A DNA stretch of 62,940 nt, filler included, from Kipferlia bialata (taxonomy: Eukaryota): assembly GCA_003568945.1 (NCBI GenBank). It is 5 parts of 4 records of this genome, joined end to end, with 100 filler letters (N's around TTAATTAATTAA, not from the genome) between each part and the next. Parts side by side here need not be neighbours in the genome. Positions count along the whole stretch, not along the records: positions 1 to 20,156 come from BDIP01000389.1; positions 20,257 to 30,514 come from BDIP01000390.1; 3 more parts are not named here. One strand, 5' to 3'. The number at the start of each line of letters is the position of its first letter. Positions within the stretch are counted from its first letter, which is position 1. The position numbers were made by a program, and so were the translations under genes. Shown here one piece after another: positions 11,014 to 24,000 of this stretch. A model generated the notes under the pieces. It saw nothing but the letters and a program-made list of their open reading frames with translations, had not been told where the DNA came from and did no database searches.

Positions 11014-11958
11014 TTACATGATACATTCCGTCTTGGTCACCACGACCGCTGGTGGTATAATGCCCCACAGTAGGTCAGGGTCTGGGTACACCAGTGCGGG
11101 GTCCATGTAGTGTACGACAGGAGGACGAGTAGATAACAGAGCAAGCCCAGGTGTGAACATTGCACTGCATGCATAGTCAGTGTTGGGAAGCCTGGCACAC
11201 TCCCCGGATATTGTGTCGTACAGAGACCACTCTGTAGACCCATCAAAGTCTCTCAGACTGATGACAAGGAAGTGCCCGACAGAGAACAGTGAAGTTGTTG
11301 TGAGATATATAGCACTCTTTCTGGTGGTTAGGTACCCTACGCGCTTCCACCTCTCTGCGCCTACGAGAACATCGGAGGGAGAGAAGGTGTAGATCTTCCT
11401 GTCATGAGTCAGTCCATATGCTACTCCTCCAATATCGGGCAGGTCTCCGGTAGTAGGAACCAACTGCGGGGTAAAGAGTGTGGTCCTGACCAACATATAT
11501 CTCCCATACTCCCTCCCAAACACCCAGGTCTCAAATGACTCTCGGTGGTCACGACTGCAGTTGATAACAAACACAAAGCAGCTTGCAAGAGTACACTGAG
11601 CTCTGTACATCACATGTTGTATCTGATGGTCATTATGCGGAAAGAAACGGTCACCATAGTATCTCGGTACAAGTGTATCTAGCCGTAGATAGCACACTGC
11701 ACCATTGTCCACACAAAAGAGCTCTCCGTTCAGACAAAACAGCGTGAAAAGACCACGTACACCCTCCTGGAGGGCCTCCATAGACCCTAGAAACCTCACA
11801 CCGTCGTTAATGGTGATGGAAAACACTAATGCTTCATCTGGGCAGTGTTGTTGGCCTGGTGCAATGGCAGCTAGCAGGTTGTGCCCTATAGCGCATGGTT
11901 GAGTAAGGCCGGAGGGGAAGAATGGCATAGAGACATGCTCAATGAAAAGGTGCTGCAT
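11014..11958 (-). CDS. Intronless paralogue of 9263-10255 (Kelch-like family)
   Basis: Likely ATG at 11958 (MQHLFIEHV). WSLYDTISGECARLPNT and HYMDPALVYPDPDLLWGIIPPAVVVTK align with the adjacent gene. Confidence 0.75.
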   Translation of the reverse strand: MQHLFIEHVSMPFFPSGLTQPCAIGHNLLAAIAPGQQHCPDEALVFSITINDGVRFLGSMEALQEGVRGLFTLFCLNGELFCVDNGAVCYLRLDTLVPRYYGDRFFPHNDHQIQHVMYRAQCTLASCFVFVINCSRDHRESFETWVFGREYGRYMLVRTTLFTPQLVPTTGDLPDIGGVAYGLTHDRKIYTFSPSDVLVGAERWKRVGYLTTRKSAIYLTTTSLFSVGHFLVISLRDFDGSTEWSLYDTISGECARLPNTDYACSAMFTPGLALLSTRPPVVHYMDPALVYPDPDLLWGIIPPAVVVTKTECIM

Positions 11959-12603
11959 GTTGGCTCTCTCTGTGGTAGTGGTTTTGGTAGCGAGTGTGAG
12001 TAGAGTGTCGATTGGCAAGGATTTAGGTACTCTCCTTCTCTCTGTGTAAGGAGACGGTTACCCAACGTGGCCTGTGAAGCTTAGTTGCAGGAGATGGTGT
12101 ATACTAGTAAGAGGCCATCACTCGGCTGTGTTAACGTTGTGAGGGTGTTCCAATGACATTGGATTAGCCACTGTATAGTATACAGTATACACAACCATGA
12201 CACATTCTTTTTTGACACATGACTGTAGACTTATCATGATCCTTCAAAACGACTTCACGAGACCAGTGTCAGTATTTTGAAGTGTTACTCAGTGCTATGT
12301 GTACTACAACCTCCATTTGTGGCACCAATGGACATTTTACAGTTCCTTTACTGGTGAATTGTTCACAGTGTACGAAGTATTCTGTTCAGTTTGTTTCAAG
12401 TGATTCAGGATACTATCTGTATGTCGCTAGATCGAACCATCATCTGGTGCCACTATGATGGTGACTAGTCTACATTGTTGACTCTACAACAGTAACTACA
12501 CAGATAAATCTATCTGTCACTGCAATCGCACATACACATTGATGGTACAAAAGTCCATGAGTTTGGTATCCACACTCACTCTTGCCCCGGTCACTTCTCT
12601 CTC

Positions 12604-13035
12604 TTACAATACATCTCTCACACCCTCATTACAGGTCCTCTTGTCCACTGCTGTCTCTTCCTCTTCCTGACTGTCTCTGCCATCTTGCCAGCTATCACAG
12701 CAATCAGCCACCCAAAGACAATGACTTAGCCTAGTGATGCCCAGTATATGTATAGTATATATATATGGTACATACCTCAATAATATATAATTATATATAT
12801 TATTGTATACCTTAGAAATATATTATTATATATCTAACTAAGCCTAGTGATACCCAAAGTGCAACTCCTACCTCTAGAGAACCCCAGCTAGAGGCAGGGG
12901 GCTCCAGATAACTGGGTAAGAGAGAGGAACCATGGGCACTTGAGGATATGTGTATATTGAGAGAGGGAGAGGGAGAGAGAGAACCCCAGCGAGAGGCAGG
13001 GAACCCCAGCTAGAGGCAGGTTGCTCGATGTACCT
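12604..13035 (-). pseudogene. Possible small gene remnant or unassigned exons with duplicated fragments
   Basis: Repeated fragments CCTGCCTCTAGCTGGGGTTC (12880-13020) and a pair TTG GGT ATC ACT AGG CTT / CTG GGC ATC ACT AGG CTA (LGITRL, synonymous differences). No full model could be built. Confidence 0.3.
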
Positions 13036-13374
13036 GGATGTGAGACTGGAGCGATGGGCATTTTTGTAGAGATATAGACTAAGAGCGGGTGAGGTAAAGA
13101 GAGAAATTAGGTTAGTTAAAGAAAGTATGGGTCCGAACACTTGCAACTCCACCAATGATGGACAGATCTCCGGAATCCACCTTCTATTCAAACTACAGAG
13201 GAATCCTCTACGATGACCCAAGACGGGAATAGCCAGACATATGAGAGTTGCCAACCGTCCTGAACGGTCTTTCCCACAGGTCAATCATGCAGTCGACTTC
13301 TGAGATAATCACACTTGTTCAAATGTGTTACTCTATTGTCTACTATGTGCTGATATCCGGGATTCAAAGTATCG

Positions 13375-15489
13375 CTAACAGTCTGTCTCAAGCTCTGCCA
13401 GCATCTCAGCCTCGAATGCAGCACACTCGGCCCTCACTCTCTCAAGGTCTTCTTCGGTCTCCACCTCCAGCTCCTGACATCAACTGTTATAGATATTTAG
13501 TATGTTCTAGTATACTATACACCCAGTATATAGTTTACACTGGGTTTTATACATATTGAGATTGAATTATCGACTTCTAGCCCATGATACTATTCGACAA
13601 TTCTTATTGTTTAGCATGAAAGAATATATCCTGTCTTCTTGGTATTCCGTTATAACAATGGTGAAGAAATATGAGTGTCCTGTGTCCAGGATATAGTATG
13701 CCCTACCGCTAGAAGCTGTTCCTCAGATACTGCGTTGATGTCTTGCTCCATCTCCTTCAGACTCTTGCTTGCCTCCAGGACGTCCAGAGACTCCTGTGTG
13801 TGAGGGCGTATCCTATGCATACGCTAATATAGTTTGACAGGCATCAGTGTGTGAATACATACTATTATGCATTATACATGCACTACTATATATATGTATG
13901 TCACGCATCTATATGTATTGGAATGTGTGTCACTACCATTTGACATGAATCCCATGTATAGACTGTACATGATACTTATGACCACAATATTAGTAGTATA
14001 ATAGTGTACTGCCGGACGGTAATCACACGTATACGTATGAGGTAGGTACTCATTTAGAAAGAAGGATGCAAAAGAGCCAGTCAAGAAATGACAAAGTGGG
14101 AGATTGGGAATCTTGGTGTATACCTGCAGCTTGTTGAGGTCCTCAGGCTCCATGTGTCTAAACACCAGGTCAAGTTGTCTGTAGCGCTTGACATAGAGCT
14201 GTTGTTACTAACAACTTGATAGTAGCAGAAGGTGAGACGTATATGGAGACGTGTTATGTCACCTTGGGGTCGGTTTCGCAGATGTCTGAGCCCGAAATCC
14301 TGCTGAACAGGCTGTAGTGAACGGGTTCCATCCAGTCCTCCAGCTGTCGTGAGTGGTATAAAGTAACATACGATTACCATGGAAATTGTAAATGCTATGT
14401 GACACATGTGAACCTGTGAATTGGTGTCAGAGGCCTACCTTCTCCTTATCGATAAGACTAATGTAAAAGAATTGAGTATTCATTGTTGTACACACATTCT
14501 TACGCCTCGTGGTAGATGTGAAGAAATTAATACCTTCTCGACACCCAGCATCTATCTATGTATAAACTCTCTATATATTTGTATACACTATGTTTACAAG
14601 TTCTATGGGGGTTCATATTCCCATAAGTAAAGGTAGATGTCTATATAATTACCTCCTCCTTGTCGACACCCGGCAGGACACGTAGCCTGGTGCACAGATC
14701 TATCACGAGCTGGGCTTGAGAAGTACAATCAATACGTACATACATAGATATTAGTAATTAGCTTATTGAACTTTGGTCACATATACATATACTTCAAATC
14801 TAAGATTTGGGAGTTAAAAAGCTCGTGTTTGTGTGTAATCTCAAACAGAGTATATGATCAAATAGAGTAAATGATACATATATGTATCCCGATTGGAGCT
14901 TGTATTGGAGAATAGAGCCACGAGCTAGGTAGATATTGACACATACATACATCTATTCACACAACTTTATATAGATTTGTTGATACGTACCTCGTGCATA
15001 TCCGGTCGTGACTCTGTTGTCCTGTACTTGAACGTGCGGTACTCATCCTTGTTTACGAGGATGTCAATCTGGATTATTAGGTGATTACAAAACACAGACT
15101 ACGAGTGGCAAACCAGAAATACTGAGTCAGTACTGTACTGAGATCACTTGACGAGGATGTCAATCTAGTAAATGAGATGATTATATGAAGACAGAGTATG
15201 AATTTCAAACGACTAGAATTAGAAAGGAGTATTGTGAATTAGTCACTCAGAATACTAATTTTAACAAACTAGTTAATATTAATTTATATATATATAGTAC
15301 ATCAGACGTATCTTGACCCTATGGCCAGTACAGAAGAGTATAAGTATACGTATCAAGGGAATTATTGTTAACGTAGTGTGGATAGTGTCATCTACTTGTA
15401 TGTTGTTGTTTACATCCCATCATTCATACACGTAGCGTGGATACATAGCGTGGTCCCTTTGGCTCCTCTGAAACACTTGGCACCCTGAC

Positions 15490-15520
<31 letters not shown>

Positions 15521-16376
15521 CATTTATACTCAGGTACCTCAAACGGCTCCTCATCCACGCTGGCCTCTTTATAGCAATATAGGCTATATATATGTGTATA
15601 TAATGGTGAATAACTATATACTTGCATACAATACCTCAAAGTGCTCCTCCTCCACCCTGGCCCTGAGGACACTTGAGAGGTGGAAGGACTTGGACACCTT
15701 TCCGTTCGCCTGGGGTGAGATAGATTAGTTTATGAATGTATATCAATGTGTGTATATTTGAATATGTATGTATATGTATATCAATGTAGGTATATTTGTA
15801 TGTACATGTATATATATGACAATGTATATGTGACTTGGACACCTTTCCATTGGGCTGGGGGGGTGAGACTCTGAGTAACACTATGCAAAAATTTCTATAT
15901 TATATATTCATATATACATATACGTATGAGCTACATAAGTAAAACTATACATGGGGAGGGGGGGGGGGGGGATTGCACACCGTAATTTCTACCTGCGCAG
16001 TGTATGGGAGTATACAGAGGAGATATACCATCAGGGAGTGGCGAATGTGGCATTGCTTGCGAATAGTATACAATTCCAGCAAAGCGTGTAGGACATTCAT
16101 CAGTCATAATTCACCCACCCTGGGTCGCTGTTCCCACTAGCTGCATACAGTTGTAGATACTTACACATATATGTCATTCCTACAGTGTGAAAGGAAGAAA
16201 AAGGAAAGCGAGACTTGTATATAGGTCTGAGAGTACACCACCTTGACGTGCTGAAGATGTGTCTCAGTTAGCCTCAGCACACGCTCTGTGTTGGGTGTAT
16301 CACCATCTTTGATACACACTACAGCGTATGAGGTGGCAGGGCTAGGCGCAACTACCACAGAGGTGGCTCCGGGCAT
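13375..16376 (-). CDS. Multi-exon protein with probable N-terminal PH-like domain and acidic helical C-terminus
   Basis: Exons: MPGATSVVVAPSPATSYAVVCIKDGDTPNTERVLRLTETHLQHVK / ANGKVSKSFHLSSVLRARVEEEHFE / IDILVNKDEYRTFKYRTTESRPDMHE / LVIDLCTRLRVLPGVDKEE / LEDWMEPVHYSLFSRISG.. / ESLDVLEASKSLKEMEQDI.. / ELEVETEEDLERVRAECAAFEAEMLAELETDC*. The PH call rests on strand/helix pattern only. Confidence 0.65.
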
Positions 16377-16594
16377 TGAAATATAGTAATATAGAGACAC
16401 TCAATATATGTGTCAAGACACTACACCCTTTGTCAGGCCGAATGTGGCAAAAACAACTATTACTCTACAACTACATCAATAGACGAAAATCATCACTACA
16501 TCACACATCTATTAACATATCGAGGCAATAGCAGTCAGTCACCAGCCTCTTTACAAGTTACAATCATATACCCACAGAGGTGAGCCTCAGCCTC

Positions 16595-19500
16595 TCAGCA
16601 TCTCAGCATCCAGTCATCTAGTTGTCTAGTCGTTGTGGGATCCAGGTCTTGACCCCCCATGCCTACCTGTACCCCCTGTGCTGTGCTCAAAGCGGACAAG
16701 CTTGGGCTTCTCAGAGCCTGAAGGTAAGGATAATAGATGCCTACTCTCTCTATATAGCTTGGGCTTCTCAGAGCCTGAAGGGGTAAAGGAGGTGGTATAT
16801 GAAATGTATAGAAGTATATATATATATACATGTCAACATCCAATATATACCTACAGAAGACTGCCTCTCTCTAGGGCTGGGCTCCTTGCTCCCCCTGCCA
16901 CTCCGGAGGTCACTCCTGCTGCGCTCTCTCATGCCCATCTCTCTCTCCCTCTCCCTGTCCCCTCCTCTGGCACCTGAGCCTCTGCTGCCAAGGGGGGGTA
17001 GACCTTCCATGCCTAGAGGTGAGGGTATATATACTCATATATTTGCCAATTCACGCCCAAATACAGAGAGAAATATATACACACACATATACGCATTTGA
17101 ACATATACATTTGCATTCACACGAAAACATATGCACGTATACTCACCTAGAGGCTCTCCACCGAACCTCCCCATGCCAGTCATGCCTCCACTGTTGCTAT
17201 ATGTAAATACATAAACATATATAGATATTCAATAATATAATAATATCTATATATAATACCTAATGGCTCTCCCCCGATCCCCCCCATGCCAGTCATCCCC
17301 CCACTGTCACTACATGTATACACGTATTCATATATACAATATATACAATCTATTCATATCTATATGTAATACCTAGTGGTTCCCCTCCTATCCCCCCCAT
17401 GCCAGTCATCCCCCCACTGGACCTGCCCCCCTGACCTCTGCCCCTGTCAGCACCCCGGCCCTTGGGCTTGACAACCTGACAGGTCAGTGATTATGCCTAT
17501 GCATATATATATATATATCTAGAGAGAGAGAGAGAGGTACTGCCCCTATCAGCACCCCGGCCCTTGGGCTTCACGACCTAGGGGGGAAGACACATAGTAT
17601 GGTGTGTAAATACACTACATATATATAGAGAGAGAGAGAAAGAGAGAGAGACTGTTCTGTCACCACCCCTGCCCTTGGGCTTGAAGACCTAAGGGTGAGA
17701 CATATGGTACATGTACACTCACATATATATTGAGAGAGAGAGAAAGGAGAACCTGATGTAAGGGAGAGAAACTACATACACACACATATATACATGCTAT
17801 ACCTGCATCACCCCTGCGTTTGGTCTGCGGCTGAAGGTCTTGTTGTAGTTCTCCTCTCTGTTCTTGAGCTCTGGTGGTTAGACATATGTACATCCGTAGA
17901 CATCTTCACATATCTAATGTATTCACACCCAAACACCCACTCACACAAATATATATATAAATACATACACTCTATCCACGCACCCAGCTTGTAGAACCGC
18001 ATGTCGGACACTGCCTGCTCCAGCATCCTGTCCTTCTCCTCAACCTCGCGGCGCAGTCTGGTGTTAGATGCATGCAAAGAAGACATTGTATATTAATAGA
18101 TGATACAGTATCAAGAGGGACGTTGTATGTGTAGAGAGCAGCCTGTCCTTCTAGTCAACCTCACGGCGGAGTCTAGGGGGTCAGATATACATAAAGGCTA
18201 AGAAATAGGGACCCAATACGCATACAAGTACGCTATACAGGGAGAATACGGTACAAGCATATATTGACGAGAGACCACGACTATACATACGTCACACATC
18301 CATACCTCCTGACCATCTCCAGATCCTCAGGTCTGCTCTCCCTGTCGGCATAGCGGAGCTCCCACTCCCTAGGGGGTTAGATTAGATGGAGGAATCATAC
18401 TCATACACATGCATACAGTCAAGTGTACACATACACACGGAGACCACTCTCCATGGGGTCAGGGATGACACTATACATGGACCCCTCATATAGAGAATGT
18501 ATGAACTACAATGTCAGTGTACTACATATACACACCTGATGTCTACCCTGAGTGCCCTCTCTCTCTCTCTACTAAACATGACATACGTGTACACACCATC
18601 TATATACGTATATATATATATGTATATTCACTATTCTCTGTACCTGATATCTGCTCTGAGTGCCCTCTCTCTCTCGGCAGAGGCCTCTCTGGCAGTCACA
18701 GCGGCCTGGGATGGGAGGGGGGTAGAAGTACATATGTACATATCTCTAGAACAGGCCTCTTAGACAGCAAAAGACAAGGGTGCAGAGAGAGAGAGAATGC
18801 TGTGGAAGTGGCCTGGGATGGGGGGGTATGACTGGAGAGAAAGACTATGAATGACAGACAAAAAATGCATTCCTTGTGGATGTATTTCAAAATAAGTATA
18901 CAGTACACCTGCTACAGTGCTTCCGCTGCCCGTATGTACTCTCTCTTTCTCTGTCTCTCTCTCTCCCCCCTCCTATACATCCATATATCTATATCTATAC
19001 ACATATACCTGCTGCAGTGTATCCACTGCCCCTGTGTACTCTCTGTTGATGGAGTCTAGCTCGGCCTCGTGCTCAGCAAGGAGTCTGTCGATCTGCCGGG
19101 TTAGATACTCACGGTATTTGACCAATAGCTAATACACTATAGATCTACTAAACAATACGCCATAGATATAATGAACTTCCTGCTGGCTCTGTGACATGAA
19201 TACACTCAACGAGTCAGAATATATAGGAATGACTATACCCACTAGAATATTGAGGCATATACTATCCATACCTCCTGCTGGCTCTGTGACATGAGGGCCG
19301 CCCTCTCCTCCTCCAGTTGGAGTCTGGGGGTGAGAGATACATCTAAACATTGAGCAACTATATGTTGTTGTTGTGGCATAGAGAGGGGTTGTCCCTTGCC
19401 CTAGGCATATACCTATACATATATATATGTACATAGTGTCACACCTTGCTCTTGCGAGTGAGTCATCCAGCTCAGACACCCTGTTGGCATGGGCACGCAC

Positions 19501-20100
19501 ATCGACCTGGGGGTAAGAAGTATAATACATATGCTAATGTATGTACAACATGTATATGTGTATATATGAGTCGTACCTCCAGTCCGTTGCATCTGAGCTC
19601 CAGGGCTCTCTTCTGCTGAGAGAGACGGGCCTTGTCCTAAGAGGTTAGGGGGTACACTATATGTATATATATGTATATATACAGAGTATATACGTATGGA
19701 TAGTGCCCTCTTCTGCTGGGACAGACGGGCCTTGTGGCCTGGGGGTGAGGTAGAGGATATGATATATCGATGTATAAATATGGTATATAGTATAGTGTGT
19801 CAATAAGATAATGTCTATATATAGTACATTTTGCTTTTATACTAAAGACTGTTCTATAACCTGGTTGAGCGTGTCCATACCAGCATAGGCACATATATAT
19901 ACACAAACCCATATATATACAGGTATATACTATTCTAGAGTACATCCATGCAAACACACTGTACCTGGTTGAGCGTGTCGATATCTCTGCGGCACAGCTG
20001 GACCTGGGGGATGAGTGATGTTGTATATACATAGCCACTCATACATACATATCCACTATACCTGCCCCTCTGCCTCCATCTTGAGGTTGATCTCAGAGGC

Positions 20101-20152
<52 letters not shown>

Positions 20153-20156
20153 TTTC
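16595..20156 (-). CDS. FAM184-like coiled-coil protein, 5'-partial
   Basis: Exons give EWELRYADRESRPEDLEMVR / LRREVEEKDRMLEQAVSDMRFYKL / ELKNREENYNKTFSRRPNAGVMQ, resembling the FAM184 C-terminal signature (RESRPED..FY.LEL.NRE.N.NK.F). Heptad-rich exons lie upstream; ends QLDDWMLRC*. Confidence 0.75.
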
Positions 20157-20256
20157 NNNNNNNNNNNNNNNNNNNNNNNNNNNNNNNNNNNNNNNNNNNN
20201 TTAATTAATTAANNNNNNNNNNNNNNNNNNNNNNNNNNNNNNNNNNNNNNNNNNNN
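20157..20256. other. Artificial contig spacer (N44-TTAATTAATTAA-N44)
   Basis: Six-frame-stop linker inside Ns, exactly 100 nt; repeated four times in the window. Confidence 0.95.
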
Positions 20257-20304
<48 letters not shown>

Positions 20305-21062
20305 GTGACAGTGTAGTGGTTCAGAGATACATAATAGACTCATAGAATGTGATTGACTGGTGGTATGTGTTGAGATATCACCTCGTGGAGCAGTGGAGTA
20401 GAGGTGTTGTATCAAATTAGCTAGAAGAGTATAGCCATTCTACTACATACTAGTACCTGGTAGCACATAACAGCGCATATGCACACAAGCACAGCCAAGA
20501 GTGGATTCATCATGTCTGCTAAAGAGTGTGAGAGAGAGAGGTAATCATCCTCTGACAATTCAGTGTAGAACACACTCTGCTTATTCAGTTTGGTTCCGAC
20601 GTTTCAGACTGAAACTTTCAGTGTCGAGTGTATATACTGGTGTTTCAAGCTGGACAACTACTGTCTGTGTTGAATGCAACCAAGCCATGATACTCACTCT
20701 CTAACTTAGTCTGATGTACTGGTACGTATTTCACTGTTGTCTTGATGTTCAGACTGTACTACAGTGCATATAGATGATGATACTGTCTATACACTATATA
20801 TCATTAAGACCCTCTGGTTCTGTGTACACTTCCGACTGCATGAATCTCAAAGGATCAATGAAACAATACATTTACTACTACACATGGGGGTGCCTCAACA
20901 CCTGCCTAGAAAACCTGATACTAGGCTAATAACTCAAGGGGAACCAACGCTTCTACCATAACAAGACCTGCATAATGCTTATCCCTTAGTAGTACCAGAA
21001 TGGTACCACCATCAGAGACGTAGTGCACTCTTGCAAGCATTGCCAATACTACAGTATTCTCT

Positions 21063-24000
21063 CTAGTAGTACCAGAATGGTACCACCATGAGAGTGGTGG
21101 TGGACACTGCCATACCGACCAGGACGTTGGAGGCGTTACTATCCGTGACGCCATCATCCCCGGCATAGTACCTCGTACCCGGGGCCATAGGAGTGAGTCC
21201 ACTGCCACTCATATCAACCAGGCCTCCCATGGTGGTGACTGTAAGTGTCTCGCTGTCCATGACATCAGCTGTTGCAATGCCAATGTACACCCAGTCGCCG
21301 GTGTTCAGAGTAGTACTAGCACAGAACACAGTATCCGTGGGGCAACTGGTGACCAAGGTACCATCTAGAGTGAGGGAATATCACGGGCCCTATCAATACA
21401 CAATAGAGATCTATATGCTGAAATACATTAGAGTATCTGACACTAAAGATGAATGAATGAGTAAAGATGAGTAAATAATATATGTCTGTGTACAATTCCA
21501 GATGCTGCTTAGTATCGAGCACTCTGTACCTAAATCGAAGAACACTGGGTAGTACTGCTTAATGTCCATCTTGGCAGTTCCCGTGATAGTGAAGGCGGAG
21601 CTCGAACTTGCGGATGCATCTGCCCATGCCACTGTTCCACTGTCATCAGACAAGGATAGGACCTGTCCCTCTGTGCCCTTGGCGGCAGGCAGTGTGTATG
21701 CGCTACCCGAGGCCCCTACTGACACACCGTCAGTGCCGCTGAGAGACAGCACACCGTCAGAGGAGAGAGAGGACTNNNNNNNNNNNNNNNNNNNNNNNNN
21801 NNNNNNNNNNNNNNNNNNNNNNNNNNNNNNNNNNNNNNNNNNNNNNNNNNNNNNNNNNNNNNNNNNNNNNNNNNNNNNNNNNNNNNNNNNNNNNNNNNNN
21901 NNNNNNNNNNNNNNNNNNNNNNNNNNNNNNNNNNNNNNNNNNNNNNNNNNNNNNNNNNNNNNNNNNNNNNNNNNNNNNNNNNNNNNNNNNNNNNNNNNNN
22001 NNNNNNNNNNNNNNNNNNNNNNNNNNNNNNNNNNNNNNNNNNNNNATGTTAATGCCGTCCGGGGTGTAGTAGGAGACACCCGCAGTGGCGAAGTCAGAGA
22101 AAGGGCCTGCTCCCCCAACTAGCGTAATGGAGCACTCCACGCCCCACAAGCAGGTAGAGGCTGCGATACCCACAAACTCTCCTGACTGTTAGGACAAGAG
22201 GCATACACTCACTGTAGTGTATAATATATAAATGTATATATATATAGGACTGAGGATGTAGATGAGGATACCTACGTTATCTGGGAACATGTCCGTTGTG
22301 AACACACACTCCTCAAAGTAGGTACCAAAATCACAGACAGCTCCAATGGTCCCTGGGGGTTAATACATTAATTAATTAATACATACATAATTAATTAATT
22401 AATACTGATGGCCTACATGTTATAACAGCAGTAATTGGTATAGCTGCCTATAATTCTTGGACAATACAGACTAATACAGCATTCTCACCACAGACTGATA
22501 GCGAACTTACCCTCTTTCACGAACACAGGGGCGTACTCGTTGATGTACTCATTGGGACTCTGGGGAGTGTAAGTCGTCGTGTAGGTTGGTGCTCCGTCTG
22601 TGCTCCCACTTGCTGCATCTGCCCATGCTACTGTACCACTATCGTCAGAGAGAGACAGGACCTGGGGGTGAGAGGTGAGGGAGACACTAGCTGGGTCAAT
22701 GGAGAGAGAGAGAGAAAGATTCTAGACACGCACCTGTCCCTCTGTGCCCTTGGCGGCAGGTGAATATATATATACATACATATATATCCATATATACACT
22801 GTAGCCTAGGCCACAGTAGTAGTATTCACCCACCTGTCCCTCTGTGCCCTTGGCGGCAGGCAGTGTGTATGCGCTACCCGATGCCCCTACCGACACACCG
22901 TCAGTGCCACTGAGAGCGAGCACACCGTCAGAGGAGAGGGAGGACTGGGTAGAGGAGTTGGCGATGGTGAGGGCCTTGTCTCCGGCAGTCTCTGACTCTA
23001 CAGTGACCTGACTAGGTGCCACAAGATGCAGGGTATCAGACGTGGGGCGCAGATAGCTGTTGTCCTCAGGTCCCGTGACTAGAAGGCCCCCAGTTGAGGT
23101 GCCGACACCGAGCTTCATCACGCTTCCAGTAGCGTCAGCCTCAGTGAGGATCTGGACCTTTCCGTCCATAACCCCAGCGTAGTAGGTCTGGCCGGACTCC
23201 ATCATACCCGCCGCAACACCGCCAATCGCAATAGCCACGCAGTCCACTGGAGCAAATTCACCAATGCACTCAGCATTGGCAATACCCAGGAACTCCCCTG
23301 GATATAAGCGCCAACTGCTAAACGTAGTGCATGGGATAGGGACAAACCAGGACAGGAGACGGGCAGTATATAGAGGCAACAGAAGAGATGACACCAACAA
23401 AGTACACACCTACACTGCCAGGGAACTGCGAGGTTGTGAAGGCGCAGCCGGTATCACAGACAGATCCAATGGTGGCTAAATGTGAGAAGAAGGAAGCATC
23501 AGTATCCAAAGAGTCCACTTACTGAGTCAAGTGAGACGATAACATTCTTGCCAGTGACAGCGACCAAAGACTAGACACTATCGATATATATATATATATA
23601 TACATATATATAAATACACTTACATCCGGATTTGAATACAGGAGCGTCTGCCTCGACGTTAGATCCCAAAAGCTCCCATCCGGTCAAATATGAGGTTGGC
23701 CCTGCCTCTGCACCCCCTGATGCCGCATCTGCCCATGCTGCAGTGCCACTATCGTCAGAGAGAGACAGGACCTGGGGGTGAGAGGTAGGCAGAGGGGTGA
23801 GGGGGGTATATAGTGATTATCACTATCATCAGAGAGGGAGAGGACCTGGGGTGAGGGTGGGTACACCATAGCAATTAGAACCACTGTAACACAAGGAATA
23901 TGAAATGCATACGAGACTAACCTGGCCTTCGGTACCCCTAGCAGTGGGCAGGGTGTAATTGGACCCAGAAGCACCGACGGACACGGCCCCAGAGACAGCA

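Noticed and set aside
18371..18381. GGGTTAG telomere-like words (also ~36630, ~37170, ~58111)
   Set aside because: Reverse complements of CTAACCC branch/acceptor signals of minus-strand genes; not tandem arrays.
20201..20212. TTAATTAATTAA inside N runs (four times) as a biological motif
   Set aside because: Six-frame-stop linker centred in exactly 100-nt gaps. It is an artefact, so synteny across these points is not meaningful.
22368..22403. TTAATTAATTAAT runs in an intron resembling the spacer
   Set aside because: No flanking Ns; an ordinary (TTAA)n microsatellite.
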